Counted from the stretch's first letter, positions 37,670 to 48,745 are shown. The stretch is 64,000 nt of DNA from an uncultured Lentisphaerales bacterium (GCA_964615975.1 CAZTTH010000017.1:2139-66138); one strand, 5' to 3'. Numbers and translations: made by a program. The notes: generated from the sequence alone by a model not told the origin.

Positions 37670-39073
37670 TCAGACTTTTTCTTTTTCATCGTCACTGGAG
37701 CTAGAGGAATTTAATATCTGTGAATCATCAAGGATATTCAGCCGAATCTTAATCGCACGGGTACGCCGCATCTCCAAGACCTCAACCATGACATTGTCAA
37801 TTTGTACTTTATCCCCGACTTTTAATATCCTGCCAACTCGTTCCATCAACAACCCCGACAAAGTGTCAACCTCGTCAGTTTGCAAGTTTAATCGCAATTC
37901 AGCATTCAGCCTTTCAATGGCGATAAATCCCTTGATGATATAGGATTTTGGTGAGATGGGAATGATATCCGGCGATTCACTATCGAATTCATCTTCTACC
38001 GCGCCAAATATTTGCTCCACGACATTCTCCAGGGTTACTACCCCGACAGTAGTTCCATATTCATCGACAACAAAGGCTAAATGTTGATGACTATTTTGAA
38101 AGTGTTTAAGTAGCTTGCTGACCGGCATGGTATCAGGAACCCGTTGAGGGGGGCGAGAAAGTTTGGTTAAATCAAATGTCCCTTCCGATGATATCCCCAA
38201 TAAGTCCTTTACATGAACAACCCCAATTATTTCGTCCAATGAATCTCGACATAAAGGGAAGCGCGTATGCTTGGTTTGTTTGACCAGCTTTAAACAGTCA
38301 TTATAGGTATGATTGAGGTTAAAAAAGCTAATGTCAACCCGAGGCACCATGATTTGACGGCATATCATATCATCAAATTCGAAGACCGCATTTAATAGTT
38401 GATGTTCGTTTCGCGATAATTCTCCCCGGGCATGGGCAATTCCTAATAACGCTCTGATTTCTTCCTCAGAATGAGGCTGTTCACGACTTTCCCGGGATGT
38501 GACCCCCAACGGTTGAAGGATGAAATTAGTTGCGGATTTCAACACCACCATGACTGGATATGCCGGGAAATAAAAGAGTTTAAATGGCACCGCGCACCAG
38601 ATTAAAACCAGTTCCGGTCTGGCAATTGCAAATATTTTGGGGACCTGTTCACCAAGAATGACATGAATTGTGGTGATCATGGAGAAAGCAATCATCAAAC
38701 TCAAGGAATGAATCCAATCGGATACAGAAATGTCGAAGTTGTTGAATAGTGAGATTAAAATGTTGCTGACGGCCAATTCTCCTATCCATCCCAATCCCAA
38801 TGATGCCACGGTGATACCCAGCTGACAAACGGATAACGATTCATCCATACGATGAAGAGCCCAATCCGCGGCGCTAGCCAGATAATTAATTCTCGACTTG
38901 CTTTTTTTAATTTTTGATGGCCGTGCCTTCACCAAGGCAAACTCGACAGCGACAAAAAATCCATTGAGAATTAATAATAATACGCCGGTAAAAAATTGCA
39001 GAAGTGTGATCAGATTATCGTTAAAATCCATAAAAGTTAAGTAGTGATCCGTGTTATATCTTATTGAAACCAA
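37670..39073 (-). CDS. CNNM/HlyC-CorC family transporter (DUF21 + CBS pair + CorC_HlyC domain)
   Basis: The N-terminus has 4 TM helices. The CBS region contains 'IIGVVHVKDLL'. The transporter-associated C-domain contains 'KSYIIKGFIAIERLN'. Confidence 0.8.
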   Translation of the reverse strand: MVSIRYNTDHYLTFMDFNDNLITLLQFFTGVLLLILNGFFVAVEFALVKARPSKIKKSKSRINYLASAADWALHRMDESLSVCQLGITVASLGLGWIGELAVSNILISLFNNFDISVSDWIHSLSLMIAFSMITTIHVILGEQVPKIFAIARPELVLIWCAVPFKLFYFPAYPVMVVLKSATNFILQPLGVTSRESREQPHSEEEIRALLGIAHARGELSRNEHQLLNAVFEFDDMICRQIMVPRVDISFFNLNHTYNDCLKLVKQTKHTRFPLCRDSLDEIIGVVHVKDLLGISSEGTFDLTKLSRPPQRVPDTMPVSKLLKHFQNSHQHLAFVVDEYGTTVGVVTLENVVEQIFGAVEDEFDSESPDIIPISPKSYIIKGFIAIERLNAELRLNLQTDEVDTLSGLLMERVGRILKVGDKVQIDNVMVEVLEMRRTRAIKIRLNILDDSQILNSSSSSDDEKEKV

Positions 39074-39260
39074 CCATCAGAGAGCCAAAGATTATTATGG
39101 CAGTGACAAATCATAAGGCAGATGGTTATACAAAGATAGGCTGGAGAGTCTATTTTGAAAGTTGTTCTCAAGGTGATCTTGTCCGCTTTGCAGATTCTGA
39201 AGGAAATGATGCGGTGAGACTTGATCAATATCATAATTGCCAGTTTCGTTACTCGTGCCA

Positions 39261-40268
39261 TCATTTCCTGGCATACCGATTCAAGAAAGGTTGAATCTGG
39301 AGAGCAAGATTTTTTACGGCAGGTTCAATTATCATGGTGATGTGATTGGCATCCTGAATGCCTATCACATCAATCTGACCACAACAAAATTTATCCCATT
39401 CGGAAGCGGGAGATTGATCGGGCATGTCAGTTATATCACAGCCTTCATAAATGGTCGGCAATGTGGAACGAAACAAAACCAGATGACCGGTATAGAGGCG
39501 ATCGGGTTGGGATGATGACCATTTTTCCTTGTAAGTAGAATCAGCACGATAATGATTGGCATACATTTCCAGAATGGTGCCGACTAATTGTGAATCCGCA
39601 CTGGCTGGGATAAAACCTGCTTCCTTGAGAAATAAGGCAATACGTTCATATCGTTGAGTATTATTCAGAGGTCTTAATTCATCAATGGTAAAAGGCAACT
39701 TCTTGGCATGAGCCAGGCTGACCGCCCAGGCGGTTAAATACATGGCCTCGACACTGTCCTTGATGTTGTCGGTTTTAAATATTTCCATAATCGGCTGCTC
39801 ATGTCCGGGAATCGGCGCCAACTCATCGATAACCATCAACAACGGAACACGGAACCCCTGACGTTCCAGTTGCAGTGCCATTTCATAGGCGATATAAGCG
39901 CCACTGGAATGACCTAATAAGATGAATGTCCCTTGATCCTCGAACGTGGTTAATGCCGTCATATAATATTGCGCCATTTCTTCCATATCAGAAAATGAAG
40001 AGTGTGTGCCGCTGTAGGCGGGAGACTGGATGCCATAAAAGGGTTGATCGGGCGCCAGATGGCGGGCGAGATTTCGCATATACCCAATGGCTCCGATGGC
40101 GGGATGAAGGGCAAACAATGGAATTGTTGATTGCGGATCTCCCTCCTGGATAGTTAGGATAAACTGTTTGATCTTAGCAAGTTTATTTTGCTGCATTTTG
40201 ATCCTTTTTTCGAATAGTAATCGCTGTTCCATGCTTAAATGTGCTAGTCTGGACGATAAATCAGTCAT
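39261..40268 (-). CDS. Discrete thioesterase (NRPS/PKS TE-domain type, alpha/beta-hydrolase)
   Basis: 'PLFALHPAIGAIGYMRNLARHL...PFYGIQSPAY' is a TE N-terminal block. The nucleophile elbow is 'LLGHSSGAYIAYEMA' (GHSxG). Confidence 0.75.
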   Translation of the reverse strand: MTDLSSRLAHLSMEQRLLFEKRIKMQQNKLAKIKQFILTIQEGDPQSTIPLFALHPAIGAIGYMRNLARHLAPDQPFYGIQSPAYSGTHSSFSDMEEMAQYYMTALTTFEDQGTFILLGHSSGAYIAYEMALQLERQGFRVPLLMVIDELAPIPGHEQPIMEIFKTDNIKDSVEAMYLTAWAVSLAHAKKLPFTIDELRPLNNTQRYERIALFLKEAGFIPASADSQLVGTILEMYANHYRADSTYKEKWSSSQPDRLYTGHLVLFRSTLPTIYEGCDITDMPDQSPASEWDKFCCGQIDVIGIQDANHITMIIEPAVKNLALQIQPFLNRYARK

Positions 40269-40272
40269 TATA

Positions 40273-42249
40273 CTATTCCTCTATATGAGTTAATGCCAAC
40301 CGCGTTGCTTCGGGAGAAAGGCATTCAATTTCCTCTAATATTTTTTCCCATGATAGCCCAGCGTGGGTACTCACATTATTACAGCGATTTTCTATTTGCC
40401 TGGCCATCGCCGAGACGGTCGGAAATTCATGGATTATAGTGATCGGGAGTTGCAGTTGAAATTGTTCCTGAATCCGGTGTATCAAGCGCGCCGCATTAAA
40501 TGAATGACCGCCCAACATAAAAAAATTGTCTTCAGTACCTATCTTTTCGAGGTGAAGGACTTCACTCCAAATCGAGATCAATTGCTGTTCCCATTGATTA
40601 ACTGGGGGAACATAATCCGCTCGCACCGGTTGACCAGGTAATGGTAATGAATTTCGATCAATTTTGCCATTGATATTCAAAGAAAATTGTTTGAGATTAA
40701 CATAATATAACGGCACCATGTTTTCCGGCAGATGTTGCTGCAAAAAACTGCTTAGGTCAAATTGACTGGGGAATACGCCAGACTTACAAATAACGTAAGC
40801 GACCAATGAAGTTTCCCGATCATCATTATTAAAAGTTGAAATCAATGCCTGATCGATATCCGGATGAGTGAGCAGGACAGCTTCGATTTCACCCAACTCA
40901 ATGCGCATCCCGCGAATTTTGATTTGTTGATCGACCCGGCCATGGTATTCAATCTCCCCCGTGTCTGACCAGCTAGCCAAATCTCCTGAGCGATACATCC
41001 AGCTATTCGGGATTTCGGTGAAGGGATCTGCAATAAACTTTTCACGGGTGAGCTCGGCGCGGCCATGATATCCACGTCCTACCTGCGCACCGGCGATATA
41101 CAATTCGCCGATTTGCCCGGGGGGAACGGGTTGTAAACAGCTATTGAGTATATAGATCCGATTGTTGGCGATAGGATGACCGATGGGAAGGAGAGGGCGT
41201 TCACCATCATCATGAGGCTCACATTTGTAGCAGGTCACTTCAATGCCGCATTCCGTTGGACCGTACAAATTATATAAATCCGCGGTCAGCAACGAAAAAA
41301 AATGTGCGCTCAGTTTTCTCGTCAAGGCTTCACCGCTGCAAAAGACCCGCTTTAGACTGCCGCATTGTTTGGTATTGGCCAGCTGCAGGAATAGTTCCAG
41401 CATGGAGGGAATAAAATGAGTATTACTGATTTGGTGGTGTTCGATAAGCGAACTGAGATAGAGCGGGTTTTTATGACCATGAGGGATGGCGATAACCAAA
41501 GTCGATCCCATTACTAGCGGCCAGAATATTTCCCAGATCGAAACATCAAAAGTGTAAGGGGTCTTGTGGAGAATCTTGTCATTTTTATCGATGACAAAGG
41601 TTTCCTTCATCCACCAGATTCGATTGAATAAGCCGCGATGCGTATTGATGGTTAATTTGGGACGGCCGGTTGAGCCCGATGTAAACAACATATAGGCGGC
41701 ATGATCTGGTTTAAGGTTGATCATGGGATTATGCTTCTGGGAGAGATCATCATCAAGCGGGAGGTTAAGGATATCGATCAATTCAATATCTTGAGGTAAT
41801 TTCGCGAAGTGTTGCGAATTCGTTATGACAATCTTCAGGCTGCTGTCAGCGATCATTTGCGCAAGTCTTAATTCGGGATAATCAGGATCCAAGGGAAGAT
41901 AAACTCCTCCAGACTTAAAAATTGCCAGGATGGCAATGATGGTTGCGAGTGAACGTTCCATACAAATCCCGACGGGCATTTCAGCTCGGGTCCCCTTGGC
42001 GATTAATTGATGAGCGAGTTGATTGGCGCGACGATTCAAGTCTGCGTAGGTGAGGCTTTCATTGGCAAAAATAAGCGCTTTTTGATGGGGATTATTTTCT
42101 GCCTGCATGGCAACTAATCCCGGGATGTTTAGATCTTGAGGATATTCAGTATGAGTATTGTTCCAATCATAAATAACCTTATGATATTCATCCGAATCAA
42201 CTGATAATTGATTCACATTTTCAGAGACTGGCGGCGAACAATGATTCAT
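40273..42249 (-). CDS. Stand-alone NRPS adenylation-thiolation (A-T) didomain protein
   Basis: A3 'YMLFTSGSTGRPK', A5 'NLYGPTE', A7 'YRSGDLA', A8 'GRVDQQIKIRGMRIELGEIE' and PCP 'MLGGHSFNAARL'. No condensation domain is present. Confidence 0.8.
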   Translation of the reverse strand: MNHCSPPVSENVNQLSVDSDEYHKVIYDWNNTHTEYPQDLNIPGLVAMQAENNPHQKALIFANESLTYADLNRRANQLAHQLIAKGTRAEMPVGICMERSLATIIAILAIFKSGGVYLPLDPDYPELRLAQMIADSSLKIVITNSQHFAKLPQDIELIDILNLPLDDDLSQKHNPMINLKPDHAAYMLFTSGSTGRPKLTINTHRGLFNRIWWMKETFVIDKNDKILHKTPYTFDVSIWEIFWPLVMGSTLVIAIPHGHKNPLYLSSLIEHHQISNTHFIPSMLELFLQLANTKQCGSLKRVFCSGEALTRKLSAHFFSLLTADLYNLYGPTECGIEVTCYKCEPHDDGERPLLPIGHPIANNRIYILNSCLQPVPPGQIGELYIAGAQVGRGYHGRAELTREKFIADPFTEIPNSWMYRSGDLASWSDTGEIEYHGRVDQQIKIRGMRIELGEIEAVLLTHPDIDQALISTFNNDDRETSLVAYVICKSGVFPSQFDLSSFLQQHLPENMVPLYYVNLKQFSLNINGKIDRNSLPLPGQPVRADYVPPVNQWEQQLISIWSEVLHLEKIGTEDNFFMLGGHSFNAARLIHRIQEQFQLQLPITIIHEFPTVSAMARQIENRCNNVSTHAGLSWEKILEEIECLSPEATRLALTHIEE

Positions 42250-42272
42250 TGCTGGTCAGGACTCGGGATGGG

Positions 42273-44609
42273 TTAATATTTATAGCTGAACTCAATGCCA
42301 TAGGTGCGCGGGGGCTGATAGGCATAGTTCACGGCGCCGGTATAATGACGGAAATCGACCGCGACATCGATGATCTCTTCATCCGTTAAATTCTTGCAAA
42401 ACACAGCCATCGTCCGCCGTTGATCCTTGCTTTCGTACCTGATTTTTGCATTGAATAGATGATATCCCGATTGGCTTAAAATGGATTCGTTGGTTTCGGT
42501 AAAATAAAAACGACTTTGATATATATGTTCACCCAGCAGTTTTACCATGCCCTCAATCGCGAGTGGAAGCGCATAAGACAGCGCCATATAGCTACTGAAT
42601 TCCGGCGCTCGTTTCAAGCTGTTTCCTGACGCGTCGATCGCTTGTTTCTGGTTCATGCCTGAGACGTCAAATCCCCCTGCGTTTTTGAAATCAGTATATT
42701 CCGCCTTAAGCAGTGCGGTATTGGCAATGAGTTCGATACACTTGAAGGGATGGGCGATTATTTGACATTCAATCCCCATTTCCCTGGCTTCAGCGGCATT
42801 ACTGGTGTTTATTTGTACGGTGCTGGTTCCCGGCATTACGGTTAATACCTGTAAATCTGAATGGAGATTATAAAATCCATCCAGGTTGAATTGCAGCCGT
42901 CTTTGAAACCATTGGGATTTAAGTCCTATTTCGTAACTGGTGACGTATTCGGGATCGAATGGCTCTTCAATGTGTTCGGCGAAGGCATTAAAACCGCCGC
43001 TTTTGAATCCGCGTTCGATTTTGCCATAGATAAACCCCTCATCCCAGGCACGATATTGCATGCCGAATTTGGGAGTAATTGCATTCCAGCTAGCCTGATC
43101 GTGGTTCAGGGGAAATCCCGCAATTCCCAGTTGAGAATAAAAATCATAGGTGAGCCGGTTGATTTCGATTTCTTTTTCTTCATAAGAATAGCGCAGCCCG
43201 GCAGTCAGGCTCAAGCGCTCGGTAACTGCATAAGTCAGTTCGCCAAACCAGGCAACACTGGTGGCATGAAGGTCTGATGAATTGGTTGTCGCATAATTAC
43301 CGGGAGGCAGAAGAAGCGTCAAATCACGGGAAAATATGGTGTGTTCTTCTTCCGCTAATTCGGAAAATAAATAGACCCCGCTAAGCCAATGCCATTGTTC
43401 ATCAAGATCATTGGCCAACTGAAATTCCTGGGTGATTTGCTGCTGATTCATTCTTTGATAAAAATGACCCAACTCCAGGGCGAGTCCATCGGTGTCTTCA
43501 TAGTGTACATAATTAATCCCCCGAAGTGCGGTGATTGATGTCAACGTCGCGACTTCACCATGCCAATTCAAGGTGCTTGACAATCCCCAAATTTGGCGAT
43601 CTTCGCGACCAATCACATCATGGTTGACCCGATAGGGATCCTGGGGTTCATAATGATTAAATGGAGGATCGGTCACAGTTGGAAGATGCGGGTTATTTTG
43701 AAATGGAATACCAGTCAGCCTGGGATTAAATGCAAAGGCAGTGGGATGGTCTTCATGATGCTCGAATCGGAGGATCAGATCCAGATCTCCCTGGGGGAGC
43801 AGCCATAGACTCCCACGATAGCCAAAGCTATCCGCGTCGACAATCTCTTTCTGATGGTAAATATCCCGCGTATAGCCGTCCCGATCTTCAAATTGATATG
43901 CGAATCTGCCCAAAACGGATTTTGAACCAAGCGGACTGCCGATAGCGCCAGAATAGTTGAGAGAGGAATAGTTCCCCAAGGTCAGACTTTGATTGAGGGT
44001 TAATTTCGGTTCAGGCTTGTTGGTGATGATATTGATTGCGCCGCCGATGGTGTTCCGCCCATACAATGATCCCTGAGGCCCCCGCAGCACTTCGATGCGT
44101 TCGATGTCATAGAGATTTACCAGCATAGCTTGCGCGCGGGATATATAGACCCCATCGACATAGTATCCGATACTCAGATCAGAACCGATGCCGAAGTCGA
44201 CCGATCCAATTCCGCGGATAAAAATCTCAGGAATACTGGTATTGCCATTATTCCCCATGATGAGATTGGGGGTGCGCAAGGATAATTCCGGTAGATCAGT
44301 AATTCCGAAATCATCGAGATAGGCGGTTAAATAATATGAAAGCGGTATGGGGGTGGTTAAAAATAGAGTTTCCTGCTTCGTCGCCGTGACGATAACCGGT
44401 TCAAATTCAATATACCGCTCCTCGGCCTTTACATTGTTTCCGGGATCTATATCACTTGCGGATAATCCAACTGACTGACTGAGTTGAGTTAAAATAACAG
44501 TTAATATAAAACCTAACTTCCGGCTGATCCGTTTGGATTCCATTATTTTTTTGCCGCAATTGGGAGAGGAAGACATAAATCCATTTTTAACTTGGTATAC
44601 TATTCTCAA
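42273..44609 (-). CDS. TonB-dependent outer-membrane receptor
   Basis: Plug-domain blocks ('ERIEVLRGPQGSLYGRNTIGGAINI') and the long beta-barrel. The 778 aa length fits. A signal-like segment sits near the N-terminus. Confidence 0.75.
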   Translation of the reverse strand: MRIVYQVKNGFMSSSPNCGKKIMESKRISRKLGFILTVILTQLSQSVGLSASDIDPGNNVKAEERYIEFEPVIVTATKQETLFLTTPIPLSYYLTAYLDDFGITDLPELSLRTPNLIMGNNGNTSIPEIFIRGIGSVDFGIGSDLSIGYYVDGVYISRAQAMLVNLYDIERIEVLRGPQGSLYGRNTIGGAINIITNKPEPKLTLNQSLTLGNYSSLNYSGAIGSPLGSKSVLGRFAYQFEDRDGYTRDIYHQKEIVDADSFGYRGSLWLLPQGDLDLILRFEHHEDHPTAFAFNPRLTGIPFQNNPHLPTVTDPPFNHYEPQDPYRVNHDVIGREDRQIWGLSSTLNWHGEVATLTSITALRGINYVHYEDTDGLALELGHFYQRMNQQQITQEFQLANDLDEQWHWLSGVYLFSELAEEEHTIFSRDLTLLLPPGNYATTNSSDLHATSVAWFGELTYAVTERLSLTAGLRYSYEEKEIEINRLTYDFYSQLGIAGFPLNHDQASWNAITPKFGMQYRAWDEGFIYGKIERGFKSGGFNAFAEHIEEPFDPEYVTSYEIGLKSQWFQRRLQFNLDGFYNLHSDLQVLTVMPGTSTVQINTSNAAEAREMGIECQIIAHPFKCIELIANTALLKAEYTDFKNAGGFDVSGMNQKQAIDASGNSLKRAPEFSSYMALSYALPLAIEGMVKLLGEHIYQSRFYFTETNESILSQSGYHLFNAKIRYESKDQRRTMAVFCKNLTDEEIIDVAVDFRHYTGAVNYAYQPPRTYGIEFSYKY

Positions 44610-44623
44610 AATTTTTCACTCGA

Positions 44624-46162
44624 TCAACGCATGGGTCGCGCTAACATTTCCTGGTATAATTTCAAGTATTGTCCCGCGGTAACTTGATGATTAAAGCGCG
44701 CGACACTTTCCTGCATAATTCTCGCAATAATTCTTTCCTTGAACCGGATGGGAGTTCGATAGAATTTAAGCGCTTGATCAATGGCCCATTTCAAGCCATT
44801 GCTGTCATAGTGCTTAAACACAAAACCGTTGCCACTGTTTTTATCAGGATTCAATTGGGTGACGGTGTCGTGTATTCCGCCGGTATCGTGGGCGATCGGC
44901 AGTGAGCCATATTTCTGACAAATCATTTGCGGCAGACCACAGGGTTCGAATTTGGATGGCATGAGGAGGAAATCAGAGGCTGCAAAAGCCAAATGTGACA
45001 GTGAATCATCAAATCCGCAAACCGCAACTCGGGAGTACAAATCATGATGCCGGACAATATCCAAAAAATGCGGTTGATAGGGACCATTGCCAATCAACAC
45101 CACCTGTAACTTGTCTTTCCAGTTTTCTGAAATAATCTGATATAAAATTTCCGCCAATAGTTGACATCCTTTCTGTACGGGATCGAGCCGATGAGGCCAG
45201 AATAGCATTGGCACTTCTGGCGCCAATTCCAGATTGAGTATGTTCTGAAGCTGGAGTTTGCTCTCATGTTTGCCCAACACAAAATTGTGGGATGAGAAAT
45301 TAACCGGCAGGTTATTATCAATACTGGGATCAAAGGATGGATCAGGGGAATTAAGAATTCCCACAGCGCAGCCGGCATGGAACTTCGCGCTGATCTCATT
45401 GCCAATCCGGTCAGAGACGAAAGAATGGCGGTGGTCAATGATTTCCTGAAGAAATGTCGGACTCACGGTATTGATATAATGTGAAGCAAAAATTCCACTG
45501 TTCAGCTGATCGACCGGGTTGCTGCAACGGCTTTCCTCATAATTATGAGGCATTCTCTCATAGTACAGATGATGCCAGAATTCAGCGGCATCGATGCCGC
45601 AATCTTCCATCGTTGCCAATGTCGATTTTATCGAATGGATGTTATGTACAGTAAATAAACACGGGATATTCATGCGCCGCCCATAAGCGGAGATCAATCC
45701 AGTCATCCAATCATTGCAATGGATCAGATCCGGTTGAACCCGTGGAATGATGTTGTTAATCACTTCTCGTTGAAAGACCAATGACAGGCGCCGATTGCTG
45801 TCTTCGTCGTTGTTGTAGACTTGATCCTGGTAGTAGAACAGACGGTCTTCCGCCAGATGGACACGATCTTCAGGAAGTTTGCTCTTATACTTGCGCAATT
45901 CATCGGTAAAAAAATTGCTGATATCGAGACTGAACATTTTGCGATAATGGGGGAGGGCAACATGGATATCGACACCTAAATCGAGCAGATTTTTTACCAA
46001 TGTGGATGAAACATCAGCCAGTCCTCCCCCCTTGGCGGTGAGGTAATTGGCCATGTTTCCCATGCCTTGTGGCAGATAGGTGATTTCCGGTGTAACCACC
46101 AGGATGCGTGGGGCACGCAGAGTTCTGATAACCGAGGTTGTTGTCACTTTATTTTTCTCCAT
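44624..46162 (-). CDS. glgA: Glycogen (starch) synthase, ADP-glucose type
   Basis: 'YLTAKGGGLADVSSTL' (the K-x-GGL-ADV signature). The 512 aa length fits. Its start overlaps the upstream phosphorylase gene by 14 bp. Confidence 0.85.
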   Translation of the reverse strand: MEKNKVTTTSVIRTLRAPRILVVTPEITYLPQGMGNMANYLTAKGGGLADVSSTLVKNLLDLGVDIHVALPHYRKMFSLDISNFFTDELRKYKSKLPEDRVHLAEDRLFYYQDQVYNNDEDSNRRLSLVFQREVINNIIPRVQPDLIHCNDWMTGLISAYGRRMNIPCLFTVHNIHSIKSTLATMEDCGIDAAEFWHHLYYERMPHNYEESRCSNPVDQLNSGIFASHYINTVSPTFLQEIIDHRHSFVSDRIGNEISAKFHAGCAVGILNSPDPSFDPSIDNNLPVNFSSHNFVLGKHESKLQLQNILNLELAPEVPMLFWPHRLDPVQKGCQLLAEILYQIISENWKDKLQVVLIGNGPYQPHFLDIVRHHDLYSRVAVCGFDDSLSHLAFAASDFLLMPSKFEPCGLPQMICQKYGSLPIAHDTGGIHDTVTQLNPDKNSGNGFVFKHYDSNGLKWAIDQALKFYRTPIRFKERIIARIMQESVARFNHQVTAGQYLKLYQEMLARPMR

Positions 46163-48710
46163 CTCTCGGCCAGGTAATTAATCCCTGTGAGTGTTTGATT
46201 CTGTCATCTCCATTCGGGACCACCCGGGGTGAAAAACCAAAGCGGCCGATCGCCGGACACGTCACCACACTGGTGTAAATATAGTGTCCAGCCGAGAGTG
46301 AATGAGCCACGGTCATGGTGATGGTATTGCTGGTCGTGATTTCATTGCCTACGCCGACTTCGCCAATATAAAGTTGTACTTCGACTTCGGAAGGGGTCAA
46401 TTCCCCAAGATAAACCTCCACCTTGACTTCGAAATGATCTCCCACCTTCAGATTGGGCAATATAGTTGTCAGCGATGGTTGGGATATCTTAATATGCGGC
46501 CAATGGCGTATCATTCGTTCTATCTTTTGCACCGATCCCTTGGTTTGGGAGTAATCGTTGATGGTTAATTCCTGATATTGTTTGATGGCGGGATGATAAA
46601 ATTTGGTTTCATATTCGTACATCATGCGATTGGAATTAAAATCAGCCAAGCCCATTTTGATTGATTTCTTCATCATCTCGACCCAACGCAGGGGAATATA
46701 GCTGTTGGGCCGATCATAAAAGATGGGAACGATTACTTCTTCCAATAAATGATACAAAGACAAGCTGTCGTGTTCATCCTGATAATTGACGTCCGTATGT
46801 TCATAGCCATTGCCTATGGTCCATCCTCTGTCGGGCTGATAGCCCTCGCACCACCACCCATCCAACACACTGGCATTAAGCACACCGTTCATTGCCGCTT
46901 TCATTCCGGAAGTCCCGCTGGCTTCCAGAGGCCGCCGTGGTGTATTCAGCCAGACATCGACCCCCTGAATCATGACCCGTGCCAGTTCCATATCATAATC
47001 TTCTACAAATATGATGCTGCTGCGAATCGAATCGCGCCGCGAAAAATCAATGATATCCTTGATCAATTTTTTGCCTTCAATATCCTTCTGGTGGGCCTTG
47101 CCGGCAAAGATAAATTGGATTCGCCCCTCCTTGTCATTTAATAATTTTTCCAGCCGCTGAGGATCGCGGAAGAGCAGGGTGGCGCGTTTATAGGCGGTGA
47201 AACGCCGGGCATAACCAATGGTCAGGACATCGCGATTGAGCACGGATTGGACGTGATCGATTTGAGAGCGGGGCGCATTCAAGCGCTCCAAATGATAGGT
47301 TAAACGTTGCCGACAATGGTTGATGAGATGATTGCGCCGCAATTCGTGCACCTGCCAGATTTCTTCCGGGGGGATTTCATCAATGTAATCGAATTTATTT
47401 GTGTTCTGATCGTGGTGATGCCAGCGCGAGCCAAGATAATGATCGTATAACTTGGCATGATCGGTTGATACCCAGGTTTGCGGGTGAACCGCATTGGTGA
47501 TATGGGTAATTGGGATTTCCTCCTTGGGTTTTTCCGGCCACAAATAATGCATCATTGACCGCGTAACCTGTCCATGCAATTTGCTGACACCGTTGCAGTA
47601 TTGAGCAAGTTTCAGCGCCAATATGGTCATCGAAAAATCGGCATTTGATGATGCTCCGGGAGGCTGGCCTAGCGCTATCAGTGATCCCACCGAAGTCTCA
47701 AGTGACGGCGCCAGGAGTTCCATGTAGGGATAGATCATATCCACCTTGAATACATCATGACCGGCTTCTACGGGGGTGTGGGTGGTAAACACATTAGTTC
47801 GGGCGATGAGTTCGCAGGCGGTTTTAAATTCTATTCCATCGGACTGGATAACCTGCGCCATGCGTTCCAGGCTCAATAACGCGGAATGGCCTTCATTCAT
47901 ATGATATACCATCGGTTTAATCCCCATGGCCTGAAGCGCCTTCACCCCGCCGATGCCGAGTAGAATTTCCTGCAGCCAGCGGTTATGGCTGTCACCTCCA
48001 TACAGTTGGGCGGTAATGTTGCGGATATGTTCGGGGTTATCAGATAGGTTGGTATCCAACAGGTAAAGTTCGACTCGACCGACCTGGGCTTTCCAGACAT
48101 TCACCTTTATTGTGTCATTGGGAATCGGAATGCTGATTTCAAAGAGCTCGCCTTGTTGATTACGTGCCCGACGAACCGGGAGAAAATGAAAATCATAATC
48201 CGGATAATACTCGTGTTGTATCCCGTCATGACTCAGGAGCTGTTTGCCGAACCCTTGCCGGTAGAGAATCCCGATCCCCACCATGGGGAGTATTCTATCC
48301 GATGCGGTTTTGAGAAAATCTCCCGCCAAAACCCCTAGGCCGCCGGAAAATATTCGCAAAGAATTGTGGATGCCGAATTCAGCACAAAAATAGGCAATGC
48401 ATTGATGCGAAGCGATGAGTGGGTGAGATTCGCTGACCGCATGATAACTGGTGTAAACATCCTTGACCCGGGTTTGATGGTCGAGAAAACTTTGATCCTT
48501 GATCAAAGCATATAATTCATCCTGTGGCACCTGATTTAAAAACACCACCGGATTTTTATCGACCTTTTGCCAGAGCACCGGATTAATCCGGCGAAACAAC
48601 GCCGCCGCGTCATGATGCCAAGACCACCAATAGTTGGTTGAGAGTTCTTCAATAAACTTCAACTCGTCGGGTATGATTGGTCTTACCCGGAAGAACTTCA
48701 AACTTTTCAT
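46149..48710 (-). CDS. glgP: Alpha-glucan family phosphorylase (maltodextrin/glycogen phosphorylase of the 'GlgP long N-terminal' type)
   Basis: Pyridoxal-phosphate site 'LEASGTSGMKAAMNG'. 853 aa. It is clearly distinct from the second phosphorylase at 49456. Confidence 0.8.
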   Translation of the reverse strand: MKSLKFFRVRPIIPDELKFIEELSTNYWWSWHHDAAALFRRINPVLWQKVDKNPVVFLNQVPQDELYALIKDQSFLDHQTRVKDVYTSYHAVSESHPLIASHQCIAYFCAEFGIHNSLRIFSGGLGVLAGDFLKTASDRILPMVGIGILYRQGFGKQLLSHDGIQHEYYPDYDFHFLPVRRARNQQGELFEISIPIPNDTIKVNVWKAQVGRVELYLLDTNLSDNPEHIRNITAQLYGGDSHNRWLQEILLGIGGVKALQAMGIKPMVYHMNEGHSALLSLERMAQVIQSDGIEFKTACELIARTNVFTTHTPVEAGHDVFKVDMIYPYMELLAPSLETSVGSLIALGQPPGASSNADFSMTILALKLAQYCNGVSKLHGQVTRSMMHYLWPEKPKEEIPITHITNAVHPQTWVSTDHAKLYDHYLGSRWHHHDQNTNKFDYIDEIPPEEIWQVHELRRNHLINHCRQRLTYHLERLNAPRSQIDHVQSVLNRDVLTIGYARRFTAYKRATLLFRDPQRLEKLLNDKEGRIQFIFAGKAHQKDIEGKKLIKDIIDFSRRDSIRSSIIFVEDYDMELARVMIQGVDVWLNTPRRPLEASGTSGMKAAMNGVLNASVLDGWWCEGYQPDRGWTIGNGYEHTDVNYQDEHDSLSLYHLLEEVIVPIFYDRPNSYIPLRWVEMMKKSIKMGLADFNSNRMMYEYETKFYHPAIKQYQELTINDYSQTKGSVQKIERMIRHWPHIKISQPSLTTILPNLKVGDHFEVKVEVYLGELTPSEVEVQLYIGEVGVGNEITTSNTITMTVAHSLSAGHYIYTSVVTCPAIGRFGFSPRVVPNGDDRIKHSQGLITWPRDGEK

Positions 48711-48745
48711 TAAGTTTCAACCATCTAATATATGTACAATATGCC

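Noticed and set aside
39064-39294. 76 aa + strand ORF between the CorC and TE genes
   Set aside because: It overlaps the 5' end of the minus-strand CorC gene and the 3' end of the TE gene. It has no RBS or motif, so it is likely spurious.
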